From positions 64,001 through 128,000 of the forward strand of contig CAYZJA010000002.1 of assembly GCA_964479005.1 (NCBI GenBank): a stretch of 64,000 bases of DNA, given 5' to 3'. How positions within the stretch are numbered: position 1 is the first letter of the stretch; every line of letters starts with the position of its first letter. The stretch comes from an uncultured Candidatus Saccharibacteria bacterium. GTDB taxonomy: Bacteria; Patescibacteriota; Minisyncoccia; UBA6257. The notes under the pieces are model-generated. The model saw nothing but the letters and a program-made list of their open reading frames with translations. It was not told where the DNA came from and searched no databases. Below, piece by piece: positions 1-9,606 of the stretch. A program made the translations under genes and the position numbers.

Positions 1-714
1 TTAAGTAGCACCATACCAGCATCCTTCAGTAATACAATAATCACTGCCTGGATATGAACCATATCCAGTTGCTTCCATTAAAGATACATGGAGATGATTT
101 CCCTCATCTAATACTGCCAATCCAGCTTTATTAAATTCTGCTATTATTTTTTTATTATCTTCAGAACTATTTGAAACTGAATCTATATCTACACAAGTGC
201 CATCAAGATGACAATCATCGGCTCTCCTTGGCGTATAACTTGTACTATTGCATTCAGCGTCAATACAGGCATCATTTACCCACCACTTCGGATTTATATC
301 TTTTAATAGAAGTAATTTATTTGCTAACGTGGAATCTAAATAAGCTTCTGATTGACCAAATGTATTATCATTTATTGGAATCCCCATATCTCTTATATTA
401 ACTAAATTTTTTGATATAGCCTGATCTTCTGTAGTAACTTCTAGGGTAACTTCTGATGAGGGCAGGGTTATTGTATCAGAAGAACCTTTTAGAATATCAG
501 GATTGATAGTATAAAGAATAATATAAAAAGCAAACAATAAAAGAAGTCCAATAATGGCGCCTGTGATTCTTTCTTGGGCGTCTTTTTGTTGGGCAGTATT
601 ACCTCCAGAAGTAAGGTATTGAAAACCAGCATAAACAATCATGGCAAAAGCTAAAATTCCAGCGAGGCGAAAAGCCCACCAAATAAAAGTCTCGATTAAG
701 CTTATTGGAGTCAT
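1..714 (-). CDS. VirB2/TrbC-like pilin module (signal/TM helix, 'VYAGFQYLTSGGN', second hydrophobic helix) fused to a C-terminal Zn peptidase M15-like domain
   Basis: The N-terminal ~75 aa match the pilin-like module shared with ORFs 33971-34312, 34589-35092 and 35099-36412. The C-terminus has 'CHLDGTCVDID' (H-x2-G-x3-D) and 'EGNHLHV' (E-x-x-H), as in VanY/peptidase M15 zinc sites. The stop codon lies at window position 1-3, so the ORF is complete. Confidence 0.55.
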   Translation of the reverse strand: MTPISLIETFIWWAFRLAGILAFAMIVYAGFQYLTSGGNTAQQKDAQERITGAIIGLLLLFAFYIILYTINPDILKGSSDTITLPSSEVTLEVTTEDQAISKNLVNIRDMGIPINDNTFGQSEAYLDSTLANKLLLLKDINPKWWVNDACIDAECNSTSYTPRRADDCHLDGTCVDIDSVSNSSEDNKKIIAEFNKAGLAVLDEGNHLHVSLMEATGYGSYPGSDYCITEGCWYGAT

Positions 715-723
715 AAGTTTTTA

Positions 724-1419
724 TTAAAATTGAGTAACATCGCCAGGATTAACTAGTCCAGGAATTCCTATTTCCCATTGGTAAGATTCAAAAATAGGAT
801 ATTCAATTGACTGTATGTTTGGTGGAGCTGGTGGTTCTGGCAATGTTTGCAGAAATGTCTGCAGAATTTCATTTAAAATTATTGGGCATATTTGGGTAAT
901 AAGAATAGCCATTGAGGTGCCAACTGTTGTGCCAAAAACCATTATATTTGCAGTTGCATCTGAAAGTGATTTACAGATATGCTCAATATCTACATGTTTA
1001 AGTAATAAATCTAAAATCCAACTTTTGACAAGTCCTGAAATATCATTATTTCCGTTTATTGCGCTTATAACCAATAATTTTAAGTCTTCTGGAATTACTT
1101 CATTATTCTGTATGATATTTATGAGTTCGTCTTTAACAGTATCTGTAATGTTCCCGTCATTTTGTATTGAGTTTATGAGATATGGTTTTAAATCTTCTGG
1201 AATCTCTTGACTGTTCTGTATTATGTTTATAAGTTCATTTTGAGTAAGTTCTGCTAATTCTGCGCCATCATTAAGGTTTGTTATTGTATCTAAGACCCCT
1301 TGTGGATCCAAAAAAGCCTGAGTTTGTATTGGGACTAAAAATAAACCACCTAATCCCAAATTTAATATCAAAACAATTAATACTATAGCCTTTGTTTTTT
1401 TGAAGATATTTTTAAGCAT
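724..1419 (-). CDS. secreted/membrane-anchored protein with internal ~20-aa repeats (NELINIIQNxxIPEDLK)
   Basis: N-terminal hydrophobic signal/TM, then three copies of an ELINIIQN..(E/V)IPEDLK repeat. Lies in a co-directional operon with the T4SS genes. Confidence 0.5.
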   Translation of the reverse strand: MLKNIFKKTKAIVLIVLILNLGLGGLFLVPIQTQAFLDPQGVLDTITNLNDGAELAELTQNELINIIQNSQEIPEDLKPYLINSIQNDGNITDTVKDELINIIQNNEVIPEDLKLLVISAINGNNDISGLVKSWILDLLLKHVDIEHICKSLSDATANIMVFGTTVGTSMAILITQICPIILNEILQTFLQTLPEPPAPPNIQSIEYPIFESYQWEIGIPGLVNPGDVTQF

Positions 1420-1441
1420 ATTATTTTTTATTTAAAAATGA

Positions 1442-1810
1442 TTAGACTTTTTTTGGCGATGTTGCAGACGTAAGTTTAGTTACAGACGCAAGCTTAGCTG
1501 TTTTTTTTATTGCTTTTTTAACAGGTGCTGGTGATTTTTGGAGTGCATAGACAAGTATAACAGTTAAAGTGGCAATGGGCAAAATACTGGCAAATGGTAT
1601 AAGATCTAATGCTTGACCAATAAAAATCCATGTACCTCTTATTCCGCTGATAAGTGTAATAACAAAGATATAAATGACGAGAGGCAGGACAATAACCCAA
1701 ACAAAGAGGTTAATTCCAGGAATAAATCCCAAAAAGATTTCTATAACATCTTTAATAATGGATGTTATAAGCAAGAATAAAAATATTGTTAAGCTCATTT
1801 TATTTTTCAT
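1442..1810 (-). CDS. small polytopic membrane protein (T4SS cluster)
   Basis: Three to four hydrophobic helices and a basic C-terminus; separated from its neighbours by small gaps. Confidence 0.45.
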   Translation of the reverse strand: MKNKMSLTIFLFLLITSIIKDVIEIFLGFIPGINLFVWVIVLPLVIYIFVITLISGIRGTWIFIGQALDLIPFASILPIATLTVILVYALQKSPAPVKKAIKKTAKLASVTKLTSATSPKKV

Positions 1811-1820
1811 AGAATAATAT

Positions 1821-3611
1821 TTATTCTTTTTTGAACTCCTCTTTAGCTTTCCTAATATCTATAAGTTGAGCTGGGTTTGAGGTAATAATTTGGTCTTCAG
1901 CATAAGAAGCGATAATCTGAATGGCAGCATGTTTGTCTTCTGCAAAAAAGAGACCTGTGCCAACAGAAGCTTGCAAAAGGATGGTTTTTTCTTGTTCTGT
2001 AAGATTTAAGGCTTTGCCTATGATATCAATATTCGCAGGCGACTGTCTTAGTAAAAGGGCTAAAGCAGAGTTGGTAATTAATGGTTTTCCATAAGGTGAT
2101 TTTAAAGCGTCTTCTATGTCCTGTGTAATAAAGGTTACTCCCATATAATACTTTCGCGCTCTTTTAACTAAACCAAAAAGAAAAGACGCGCTTTCTTCGT
2201 GGCGTAACAACCACCATCCTTCATCAATTATTACAACCCTTTTTCTTAAATCCTTTTTTATCATTGTCCATATGTAATTTAATACTACATACATGGCAAT
2301 AGGCCTAAGTTCTTCTTCTAATTCTCTTACGCCAAAGATAACTAAACGATTGTTAATATTAATATTCGATGGTTGATTAAGGAAGCCAGCATAGCTTCCT
2401 TTGGTGAATTTATAAAGTTTTGCAGCTAAATCTTCGCCTCCCTCGGTATTTTTAAGAACATTCTCTAGATCTTCCATTAATGGCAGATTTTTTTTCTCAA
2501 CCATATTTTCAGGAAAAATATCCCGACTTGCGTATGTTTGTACAATGGCTCTATCTAGCATAAGTTCTTCCTGAGGAGAAAGACCTTTAAGCATTAACTT
2601 AATTAGGCCAATAAGATTTAAAATATGGTTGCGAAAAACTTCTTCGCCAGTTTCCTCTTTTTTTACTGTAGGAAGTTCAAATGGATTAATATTATCATCA
2701 GAAGCAACAGATATTTTAAAGTAGCTTCCGCCAATTGAATCAGCCAAGTATTCATACTCATTTTCCGGATCAATAATCAATACATTAGTTCCTAGTAATA
2801 ATGAACGAAGGATTTCTAATTTTATAGCATAACTTTTTCCTGCGCCAGCTTGGGCAAAAACTATCATATTTGCGTTTGGTAGAACAAAGCGGTCAAAAAT
2901 AATCAAGCTATTATTATGCAGATTAACGCCATAAAGGATTCCTTTGTTTTCTGAAAGGTCTAAAGAAGAAAAAGGGAAAAGGGTTGAAGCCGGCTGTGAA
3001 TTTAAGGGAGTAGTTAATAATAATCTATCTATTCCCAATGGTAAGGAAGATTCCATTCCTTCGAATTCTCTAAAGACAGTTGGTTTTGCGTAAATTAACT
3101 GCTGCTCTAATACATTTTTGATTTTACTTTCTATTTTTATAAGTTCCTCCTTGTCATTGGCAAAAAAAGTGATATAAACACCTACTTCAAAAAGTTTTTC
3201 ACTACCTTGTTGGATAGTATCTCTTAGTTTTTCAATATTATTTAAAGCAGCTTCTAATAAGGGGTTACGAACTAATCCTCTATCTGCTTCAATGCTTAAT
3301 TGAGCTTGAATTTCTGCAGATTTTTTTCTTAAATTTCTTAAAACCTTATTAATATTAAGAGGGTGGAAAAAGATTGAAATATTAAAAGATTCATCCAAAT
3401 TAATAATTGAGGAAAACCAATTAGAGGCTAAATAATTTGGATAAGTTAGGATAAAAAGAGTTGAACAATATTTATTTCCTAATTTGAGAAAGTTAGTATT
3501 AATTTCTAATCCAGCAGGGGAAATTAAGTCCTGAAGAGTAGAAACAGCCTGGGATTGCGCTACCACTTGCGGGTTTTTAGGTTTTCTTTTAAATAAGTTT
3601 GGAAAACGCAT
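1821..3611 (-). CDS. VirB4/TrbE/TraC-like type IV secretion ATPase
   Basis: Walker A 'FAQAGAGKSYAI' and Walker B-like 'RVVIIDEGWWLL'; ~600 aa, typical of Gram-positive/CPR VirB4 homologues. Confidence 0.8.
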   Translation of the reverse strand: MRFPNLFKRKPKNPQVVAQSQAVSTLQDLISPAGLEINTNFLKLGNKYCSTLFILTYPNYLASNWFSSIINLDESFNISIFFHPLNINKVLRNLRKKSAEIQAQLSIEADRGLVRNPLLEAALNNIEKLRDTIQQGSEKLFEVGVYITFFANDKEELIKIESKIKNVLEQQLIYAKPTVFREFEGMESSLPLGIDRLLLTTPLNSQPASTLFPFSSLDLSENKGILYGVNLHNNSLIIFDRFVLPNANMIVFAQAGAGKSYAIKLEILRSLLLGTNVLIIDPENEYEYLADSIGGSYFKISVASDDNINPFELPTVKKEETGEEVFRNHILNLIGLIKLMLKGLSPQEELMLDRAIVQTYASRDIFPENMVEKKNLPLMEDLENVLKNTEGGEDLAAKLYKFTKGSYAGFLNQPSNININNRLVIFGVRELEEELRPIAMYVVLNYIWTMIKKDLRKRVVIIDEGWWLLRHEESASFLFGLVKRARKYYMGVTFITQDIEDALKSPYGKPLITNSALALLLRQSPANIDIIGKALNLTEQEKTILLQASVGTGLFFAEDKHAAIQIIASYAEDQIITSNPAQLIDIRKAKEEFKKE

Positions 3612-3614
3612 ATT

Positions 3615-4295
3615 TTATTTATTAAATTCTTCTGGAATATTTATGGATTCTCTTTCAAAAGCTTCTGGGTTGTATGAATTGAAAAATAATTCAATCAGTT
3701 CTTTAGTAGTTAATGGTCGTGATTGTAATCCCATTCTAGTTAAATTCGTAATGATATTATTTTGTCTGATTATTAATTGTTGATAATGCTGACGAAAGCT
3801 TTCATCAGAAAGAGGGATTGTGGCGGAAAATGCCTGGTGCCTTAAATTAAGCAATGTTTTATAAGCTTCTAATATTTGGCTTAACGCGGTCTTTGGTTTA
3901 ATCATAATGGGGTCATAGGGCACTATTACATAGAATTTCTTTTTCATAATATTGTTTCCAGTAACAAGTCCTTTAATGAATGTATAATAATCCTCTCCTT
4001 GCAGTTTAAGCAGATTATTTGTTTCTTGACCAATCTTTTCCTGAAGAAAATTTAAATATGATTCAATATTAACGCGCCTAGAATGAGCTACAACTTGCAA
4101 TGGAAAATCTAAGTTATTTATAAGATTACGCCAGCTCATTAACACGGAAGATTGTTCTTCTTCTGATTTTAAATCAAAATTTATACCTGATACTTCTAAA
4201 ACCGAACGGAGCGAACCGTTTTTAAGAATAACTACCCCTTTTCTAATTTGTTGAAGGGAAATGAGTGACTGGCTACTGAAAGTTTCTTTAGGCAT
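3615..4295 (-). CDS. hypothetical protein (T4SS cluster)
   Basis: 226-aa ORF tightly packed between the VirB3-like and VirB4 genes; no recognisable motif. Confidence 0.45.
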   Translation of the reverse strand: MPKETFSSQSLISLQQIRKGVVILKNGSLRSVLEVSGINFDLKSEEEQSSVLMSWRNLINNLDFPLQVVAHSRRVNIESYLNFLQEKIGQETNNLLKLQGEDYYTFIKGLVTGNNIMKKKFYVIVPYDPIMIKPKTALSQILEAYKTLLNLRHQAFSATIPLSDESFRQHYQQLIIRQNNIITNLTRMGLQSRPLTTKELIELFFNSYNPEAFERESINIPEEFNK

Positions 4296-4712
4296 CTATT
4301 TATCTAATATATCGGTTAATTGTTTAAGTGTTTTTTTGTCCAATTGTTTTTTAATCTGTGTTTTTACTGTGGGTTTAGGCTTTTGAGAAACAGAATAAGA
4401 TACTTTCGAAAAAGTTTTTTCTTTTTTCCATAGATAGTATTTTGGAAGCCAAAAATGTCTGATTGCGGCAATGGCGAGTGTATAAATAGGAACACTATGG
4501 ATTTTCCCAAATGCGAGAGAAAAACCGACTGGAGCGAGAATCATTGCTAAAATTAACCAAAGCCATGGTTTTAAAACAGAAAAAAGTAAAAGGAGGAGTC
4601 CTCCAAAAGATAATAAAATCCATAATTGGGTAAAGGTAATCCAACCCATTAATTTTGTTTCCTCTTTTATAAATTGAGGCACTTGATAAGTCATATTTTT
4701 AAGCTTTACCAA
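4296..4712 (-). CDS. VirB3/PrgI-like small membrane protein
   Basis: 138 aa with two adjacent TM helices and a basic tail; sits upstream of VirB4 in the same operon. Confidence 0.45.
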   Translation of the reverse strand: MVKLKNMTYQVPQFIKEETKLMGWITFTQLWILLSFGGLLLLLFSVLKPWLWLILAMILAPVGFSLAFGKIHSVPIYTLAIAAIRHFWLPKYYLWKKEKTFSKVSYSVSQKPKPTVKTQIKKQLDKKTLKQLTDILDK

Positions 4713-5589
4713 AAGGACTTTTTTTCTGATATTTTTTATAAGGAATAGGCTTTTGGATAGTAGGCGTTTCTTCTTTTTTTTCTTTTTCCTTTTTTAATTT
4801 AACGTCAAGGATATATGGTTTTTCTTTTTTAGTTTTCACAAAAACTTCTTCATCCTCAAATTCTTTTCCTTCACCGCTTAAAATTTTAGAGGGCGTTAAT
4901 TCTCCTATTCTTTTCTTTTCTAATATTTCCTTTTCTTCTCTTTTTGCTTCTTTGGGCGATGGGGGTTTTAAAGAGACTTTTTTCATTTCTTCAACAATCT
5001 TCGGTTGGACGGGTTTTCTCTGCATTGCCGCCAATAGCTTTGCTCTGATTTTTTCTTGTTGTTCTGAAGAAATTTTTGGAGCAACAACTTTTTTTAATTC
5101 CTCTATTTTACTAACTGGTTTTTCCACTTTTACTTCAGATGGTTCAGGCAAAGAATATTCAGGAATAATTGGTTCAGAAGGCATTTGTTCTGTAATGGTT
5201 TGTTCAATTTTTTCTTTCGTAATAGGCTTTATCTTTGAGGGCTTTTGCGGAATTCTTTGCTCTAAAGGTTGAGGTTTGTATTGGTTCAATTCTTTCTCAA
5301 ATATTTTAAAGATTTTTCCTTCAATTACTTTGTTAACAATTTGAGCTGCTACTGGAGAAATATTAATTCTTCTTTCTAATTCATTTTTGAATTGATCTTT
5401 AGATAATTGAAAAGATAAAATTTCTGTTATGATGTCCATAACACTAGAAAATTTTTCAGATGAAACTTTGCCCAAATTTAAAGCATCATCTATAATTGCC
5501 CCCATCTTGTCAGAGGCCAAAAAGTCCTGAATACGAAATGGAAGTTTATTGAATGATTTTAAGAATTTGTTTTTGTTCGTTTCTTCCAT
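4699..5589 (-). CDS. Lys/Glu-rich hypothetical protein (T4SS cluster)
   Basis: 296 aa, highly charged; overlaps the next gene by 14 nt, consistent with translational coupling. Confidence 0.45.
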   Translation of the reverse strand: MEETNKNKFLKSFNKLPFRIQDFLASDKMGAIIDDALNLGKVSSEKFSSVMDIITEILSFQLSKDQFKNELERRINISPVAAQIVNKVIEGKIFKIFEKELNQYKPQPLEQRIPQKPSKIKPITKEKIEQTITEQMPSEPIIPEYSLPEPSEVKVEKPVSKIEELKKVVAPKISSEQQEKIRAKLLAAMQRKPVQPKIVEEMKKVSLKPPSPKEAKREEKEILEKKRIGELTPSKILSGEGKEFEDEEVFVKTKKEKPYILDVKLKKEKEKKEETPTIQKPIPYKKYQKKSPFGKA

Positions 5590-5603
5590 ATTCCTCAGTA
5601 AGA

Positions 5604-7820
5604 TTAAAAAGGCAAAAATTCTGCCAAGAAACGATTTTTGTCGTATTTTCTTCTTTTGAGCTCTTGTTTAACAGTTTCTTCATTTCCGTGGATTTTGTCT
5701 TGGACAGATTTTACAAGTTTTTGTGCCCATTTTGTTTGTTTTTCAGTATCATTTGTTGACCTAAGCATAGCAGCAAAATTTCCAGCTGGAAGATTTTTAT
5801 CTAAAAGAGTATAGAAAAATCGATTGGTATGCTGTGGTCCTTTTTCTTCTAATCTTTCAAGAATGTTTTCCCAATTACCTAATTTTATATCATCAGGCGA
5901 AGATTTTAGCAGTTGTTCTGCTATAAGATTAGTGATAACACGATTTTTAGCTTCATCACGAGAGACTCCATGGAATCTTCGCTTCATCTGTTCTATTGCT
6001 TTGTCCATATCTTCAGGTTTTGTAAAGTATTTAGCATGAAGTTCTGGATGAATTTTTTTAATTCCTGAAACATTTAAATTAGGTTGATTTTTAGCTATTT
6101 CGATGAACTTGCTATCTTTTTTATAATCCAGTGATTCTTTTCCTATTAATGTGTTAACACCCAAAGCCATTCTTCCCCCATCTGTCTTATGTGCTTCCAT
6201 ATCAACTCTAATTTGATCTGGGCTTCTTCCTTTATAATCTTCTTCAATTTGTTTTAGTTCAGCTTCGCGAACTTTCCTAGGCTGCCTACCCATCCAAACC
6301 CCTATGTCATGTGTAGGCGCAAATTTGCTGTCTTCTAATTTTTTCTGAGCTTTTCTCCATGGTTCTGAGCTTACGGCTCCTTTTAATGCTTTATGACCAA
6401 GGAAGGCGCCAGCTACTGCTCCAGCCTTAGTAGTTTGTTTCATAACTAATTGAGATGCTGCTCCTCCGCTTTGGAGGGAGAAAATTAATCCTCCTACCAA
6501 AAACATAGAGAATAAAATCATTTGCACTATTGTTGAAGTTACAGAGTCTGCGCCGATTGATATTTGACTCATTCCACTCATTGCTATTATAGCAATATAC
6601 AGTATAAAACTAAAAATAACAGGAAAAAAACACCATTTTATAAATTGTTGCCACCACATTTTCCAATATTTTTCTGTATCTGGGAAAATCCAACAAGCAA
6701 AAACGATAGGGGATAAACCTAGAAGCATAATTAAAATGAATGCTCTGAAAATTATTGTCAAGAAAATAGCAAGCAAAGCAATAACAGCAAAACCTCCAAC
6801 CAATATCATTATAAAGCTGATTATGAAAAAGTTACCAAAACGTAGGCTATAACTCTCTACTTCCGTTGCTGCTGTTGTAGTTGCTGTACCAGTATCTCCA
6901 AGACCTAGAATTTTTGGCGTTTCATATTTATCCTCGCCAAATAAAACAGGAGGATCAAATGTTTTTGTATCCGCTGATTGTTGTTCTTGTTCAATATAAC
7001 TAAAACTTTCCATTATACGAGGGGCAAGGCTTTCATTTTTTTCTTGAGCAATGTTTAGAAAATATACTGAGAGATAATTAGAAGTATCTACTATGATTCC
7101 TGATATAACTAAACTGAAGTTTACTAACAAAGCAACAAGTATTAATTTCCAAAGGATTTGTTTCCAAGCATATTTTTTATAACCAAGAATAGTTGCGATA
7201 GCAATACCTATTAACCCTAAAACTAAAAGTGCGTTAACTAAATTGCGCATCATTTCCCATATTTGTATAACACCATCATTTGTAGCAAATCCGCCATAAG
7301 TTTTCGGATTTAACGCTTTTAATATCCAGCCTATTTCTAAATCTATTAATCCAGCAAACATTTTACCCAAACCTTCAAGTATGGCTTTTGTAGTAACACA
7401 CCACATGTCTGCAATCACTACTTTTATTTCGCATCCAAGCGCATCTAACCCCCAACCATACCTCGCTGCGCATTCCTGCATTCCCTCTTCAAAGTTCTTC
7501 TTACAAAGACCTTCTGGCCTTTCTTCTTGAAGTCTGGTTTTTATTGTCTGTGCTCCATGTCTTATCTCTGTTGTCCCAGGTTCAGGATTTGGAATACAAC
7601 ATTGCTCACTACCAAATCCAGGACAACTCAAAGAAGATTCAATGTAATCTTCTAAATCACTACATTTTGTTGTCTTTTTAACAACACATGTACCTCCTGC
7701 TTCTTCGCAGTCAGACCCAGCTCTTACTTGTGAAATATCAGTTTTTAAAACAGGGCTGATTAGTAATGTAAGAATAACTATGCTAAAAACCCCAATTTTT
7801 AATATATTTTTTGTTTTCAT
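5604..7820 (-). CDS. VirB6/TrbL-like polytopic membrane protein with Cys-rich N-terminal ectodomain and C-terminal soluble domain
   Basis: Signal peptide, about seven TM helices in the central region, and a Thr-rich linker 'TGTATTTAATE'; first gene of the minus-strand T4SS operon. Confidence 0.55.
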   Translation of the reverse strand: MKTKNILKIGVFSIVILTLLISPVLKTDISQVRAGSDCEEAGGTCVVKKTTKCSDLEDYIESSLSCPGFGSEQCCIPNPEPGTTEIRHGAQTIKTRLQEERPEGLCKKNFEEGMQECAARYGWGLDALGCEIKVVIADMWCVTTKAILEGLGKMFAGLIDLEIGWILKALNPKTYGGFATNDGVIQIWEMMRNLVNALLVLGLIGIAIATILGYKKYAWKQILWKLILVALLVNFSLVISGIIVDTSNYLSVYFLNIAQEKNESLAPRIMESFSYIEQEQQSADTKTFDPPVLFGEDKYETPKILGLGDTGTATTTAATEVESYSLRFGNFFIISFIMILVGGFAVIALLAIFLTIIFRAFILIMLLGLSPIVFACWIFPDTEKYWKMWWQQFIKWCFFPVIFSFILYIAIIAMSGMSQISIGADSVTSTIVQMILFSMFLVGGLIFSLQSGGAASQLVMKQTTKAGAVAGAFLGHKALKGAVSSEPWRKAQKKLEDSKFAPTHDIGVWMGRQPRKVREAELKQIEEDYKGRSPDQIRVDMEAHKTDGGRMALGVNTLIGKESLDYKKDSKFIEIAKNQPNLNVSGIKKIHPELHAKYFTKPEDMDKAIEQMKRRFHGVSRDEAKNRVITNLIAEQLLKSSPDDIKLGNWENILERLEEKGPQHTNRFFYTLLDKNLPAGNFAAMLRSTNDTEKQTKWAQKLVKSVQDKIHGNEETVKQELKRRKYDKNRFLAEFLPF

Positions 7821-7853
7821 AATATTAAATTAATGTTTAATATATTTTCTTTA

Positions 7854-8669
7854 TTATACAATATTTTTGATTAACAAGGAAGAAAGAGAAATCCATTCTT
7901 TTATGGAAAGATTTTGCGCCCTTGTATTTAGCGGCATGTTTAATTGTATGAATATTTTTTGGAGAACGTCTCTTTTTATACTGAGATTTTTGGAGAGATT
8001 ATTTATAAGCAATTTTCTTGGTTGCTTAAAACCAGCTTTTATAACTTTGAAAAAAGATTGCGGAGTTTGCCCGCCTAAATTTTGTTTCAAAATTTTAGCG
8101 GGTAAAGGAGTTATTTTAATAACAGCAGAGTCTACTTTAGGTTCTGGATAAAAAGCGGTTCTTGGAACATAGCAAATGATTTCTGGTTTTGCATAAAATT
8201 GTACAGAAGCGGATAGAAGATTCATTTTTGGTGGTTGAGCTATTATTCTTTCAGCCACCTCTTTTTGAATCATTAAAACTATTAATTTAGGTTTAATTGG
8301 ATTTTCTAAAAGTAAACGCAAAAGTCGCGAAGTTAAATAATAAGGAATATTGCCGATGGCCTTGTATTCAGTATTCAGTATTCTGTATTCAGTGTTTTGG
8401 AGGAAGTCTCGAATATCTCCTTGGATAATTTTTAAATTTAATTTGTCTTTAAAGTAATCTTTCAGGAATTTTACTAATTCTGGGTCTTTTTCAACAGCGA
8501 TTATTTCAGCACCAGTTTTCAAAAAAGCTTGAGTTAAAATGCCCTTTCCTGGTCCAATTTCTAAAATTTGATCTTTGGAGTTGATATCTGCTGCTTGGAT
8601 AATCTTTTGTATAGTCTCCTCGTCCTTAAGGAAAACTTGCCCTAATTTTTTTTGTTTTCTTGTTATCAT
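7854..8669 (-). CDS. ksgA: 16S rRNA (adenine1518/1519-N6)-dimethyltransferase KsgA/RsmA
   Basis: 'KKLGQVFLKD', SAM-binding motif 'ILEIGPGKGILT' and 'NIPYYLTS'. Confidence 0.85.
   Translation of the reverse strand: MITRKQKKLGQVFLKDEETIQKIIQAADINSKDQILEIGPGKGILTQAFLKTGAEIIAVEKDPELVKFLKDYFKDKLNLKIIQGDIRDFLQNTEYRILNTEYKAIGNIPYYLTSRLLRLLLENPIKPKLIVLMIQKEVAERIIAQPPKMNLLSASVQFYAKPEIICYVPRTAFYPEPKVDSAVIKITPLPAKILKQNLGGQTPQSFFKVIKAGFKQPRKLLINNLSKNLSIKRDVLQKIFIQLNMPLNTRAQNLSIKEWISLSSLLIKNIV
8364..8392. repeat. ~4 tandem copies of the heptamer GTATTCA (3 x 7 = 21-nt periodicity) inside ksgA
   Basis: Sequence 'gtattcagtattcagtattctgtattcag'; it encodes the duplicated 'NTEYRILNTEYKA'. Confidence 0.6.
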
Positions 8670-8736
8670 ATAGATTTTGACAAAAGTATTTATAATGGTA
8701 AAATAGAAAGGTAATTAAAATAATTATATAAAAATA

Positions 8737-9420
8737 ATGAATAAAAAAACATATACAAATTTGGTCATCATTGGTCTGGCCATAATAGCAATTGTCGCAG
8801 TCTTGCTTGTAAGAAGTAGGGGAAATCAAAATATTTATACTGGATTCTTAAAACCTGGAGAAGGCGCTTGGTCTGAAATTATGAATAGTGCAGAAAACTC
8901 ACAAAGGATAGTTTATTTAGGAGAAAAGATTGTTCATAATACACGAGCATATGGAATAGAAATTGAGTCAATTGTTTCTGAAAATGAAAGTGCTGTTACG
9001 CAGGTATGGCGGGACAGAGAATCAAATGAAATAGTGGAGATTGTTAGTAAACTAAAAGGGAAAAGCGAAGTTATTTGCGTAAACGATTCTTTAATGGAAA
9101 TACTTATACCTTCATTTAGTTCTTTGCTTCCAGCAATAAAAACACCAGAAAAATATAGTTTAAATAATGAATATACTTATGGTACTTTTACTACTAATAC
9201 CGGAAAAACAATTCAAATAGCGAAGCTCATGGACGAAAACGATATTGAGATATGGATTAGCAGTGAAGTTCCGTTTGGTATTGTAAAAATTGTAAATAAC
9301 ACAACAGGAGAAATCACAGCTTATTTACAGGATTTTGGTTTGACTGGAGGCAAGGCAAAGATTTCAGAAACAGAAATGCTTAATTGCAAAAAGATAAATT
9401 TTCCTAATTTAACAGAATAG
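8737..9420 (+). CDS. hypothetical N-terminally anchored exported protein
   Basis: N-terminal TM 'LVIIGLAIIAIVAVLLV'; followed by an 11-bp-stem hairpin at 9443-9471. Confidence 0.45.
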   Translation: MNKKTYTNLVIIGLAIIAIVAVLLVRSRGNQNIYTGFLKPGEGAWSEIMNSAENSQRIVYLGEKIVHNTRAYGIEIESIVSENESAVTQVWRDRESNEIVEIVSKLKGKSEVICVNDSLMEILIPSFSSLLPAIKTPEKYSLNNEYTYGTFTTNTGKTIQIAKLMDENDIEIWISSEVPFGIVKIVNNTTGEITAYLQDFGLTGGKAKISETEMLNCKKINFPNLTE

Positions 9421-9471
9421 ACTAAAAGATATATTTTGTTTACCCCGTTAGAAGTATTGTTTCTGACGGGG

Positions 9472-9499
9472 TTGACATTCAAACTAATCTTGATAGAAT
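9472..9499 (+). promoter_or_regulatory. sigma70-like promoter GGGG-TTGACA-N16-TAGAAT
   Basis: 'acggggTTGACAttcaaactaatcttgaTAGAAT'; lies upstream of the LysM/M23 gene. Confidence 0.45.
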
Positions 9500-9606
9500 T
9501 ATTGATAAGGCCTTTAAGAAGGCTTTTTTAATAACATTTATTCTAAATTACCATTTTTACCTGGAAAGCACAACTTAATAAAGGTATAAAAAGCGCCAAT
9601 TATTTA

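Noticed and set aside
815-1210. Internal opposite-strand ORFs listed in the six-frame track (e.g. 815-1210, 4952-5272, 10838-11167, 20068-20511, 38389-38907, 54082-54555)
   Set aside because: Each lies fully inside a longer, motif-supported gene on the other strand and shows low-complexity composition.
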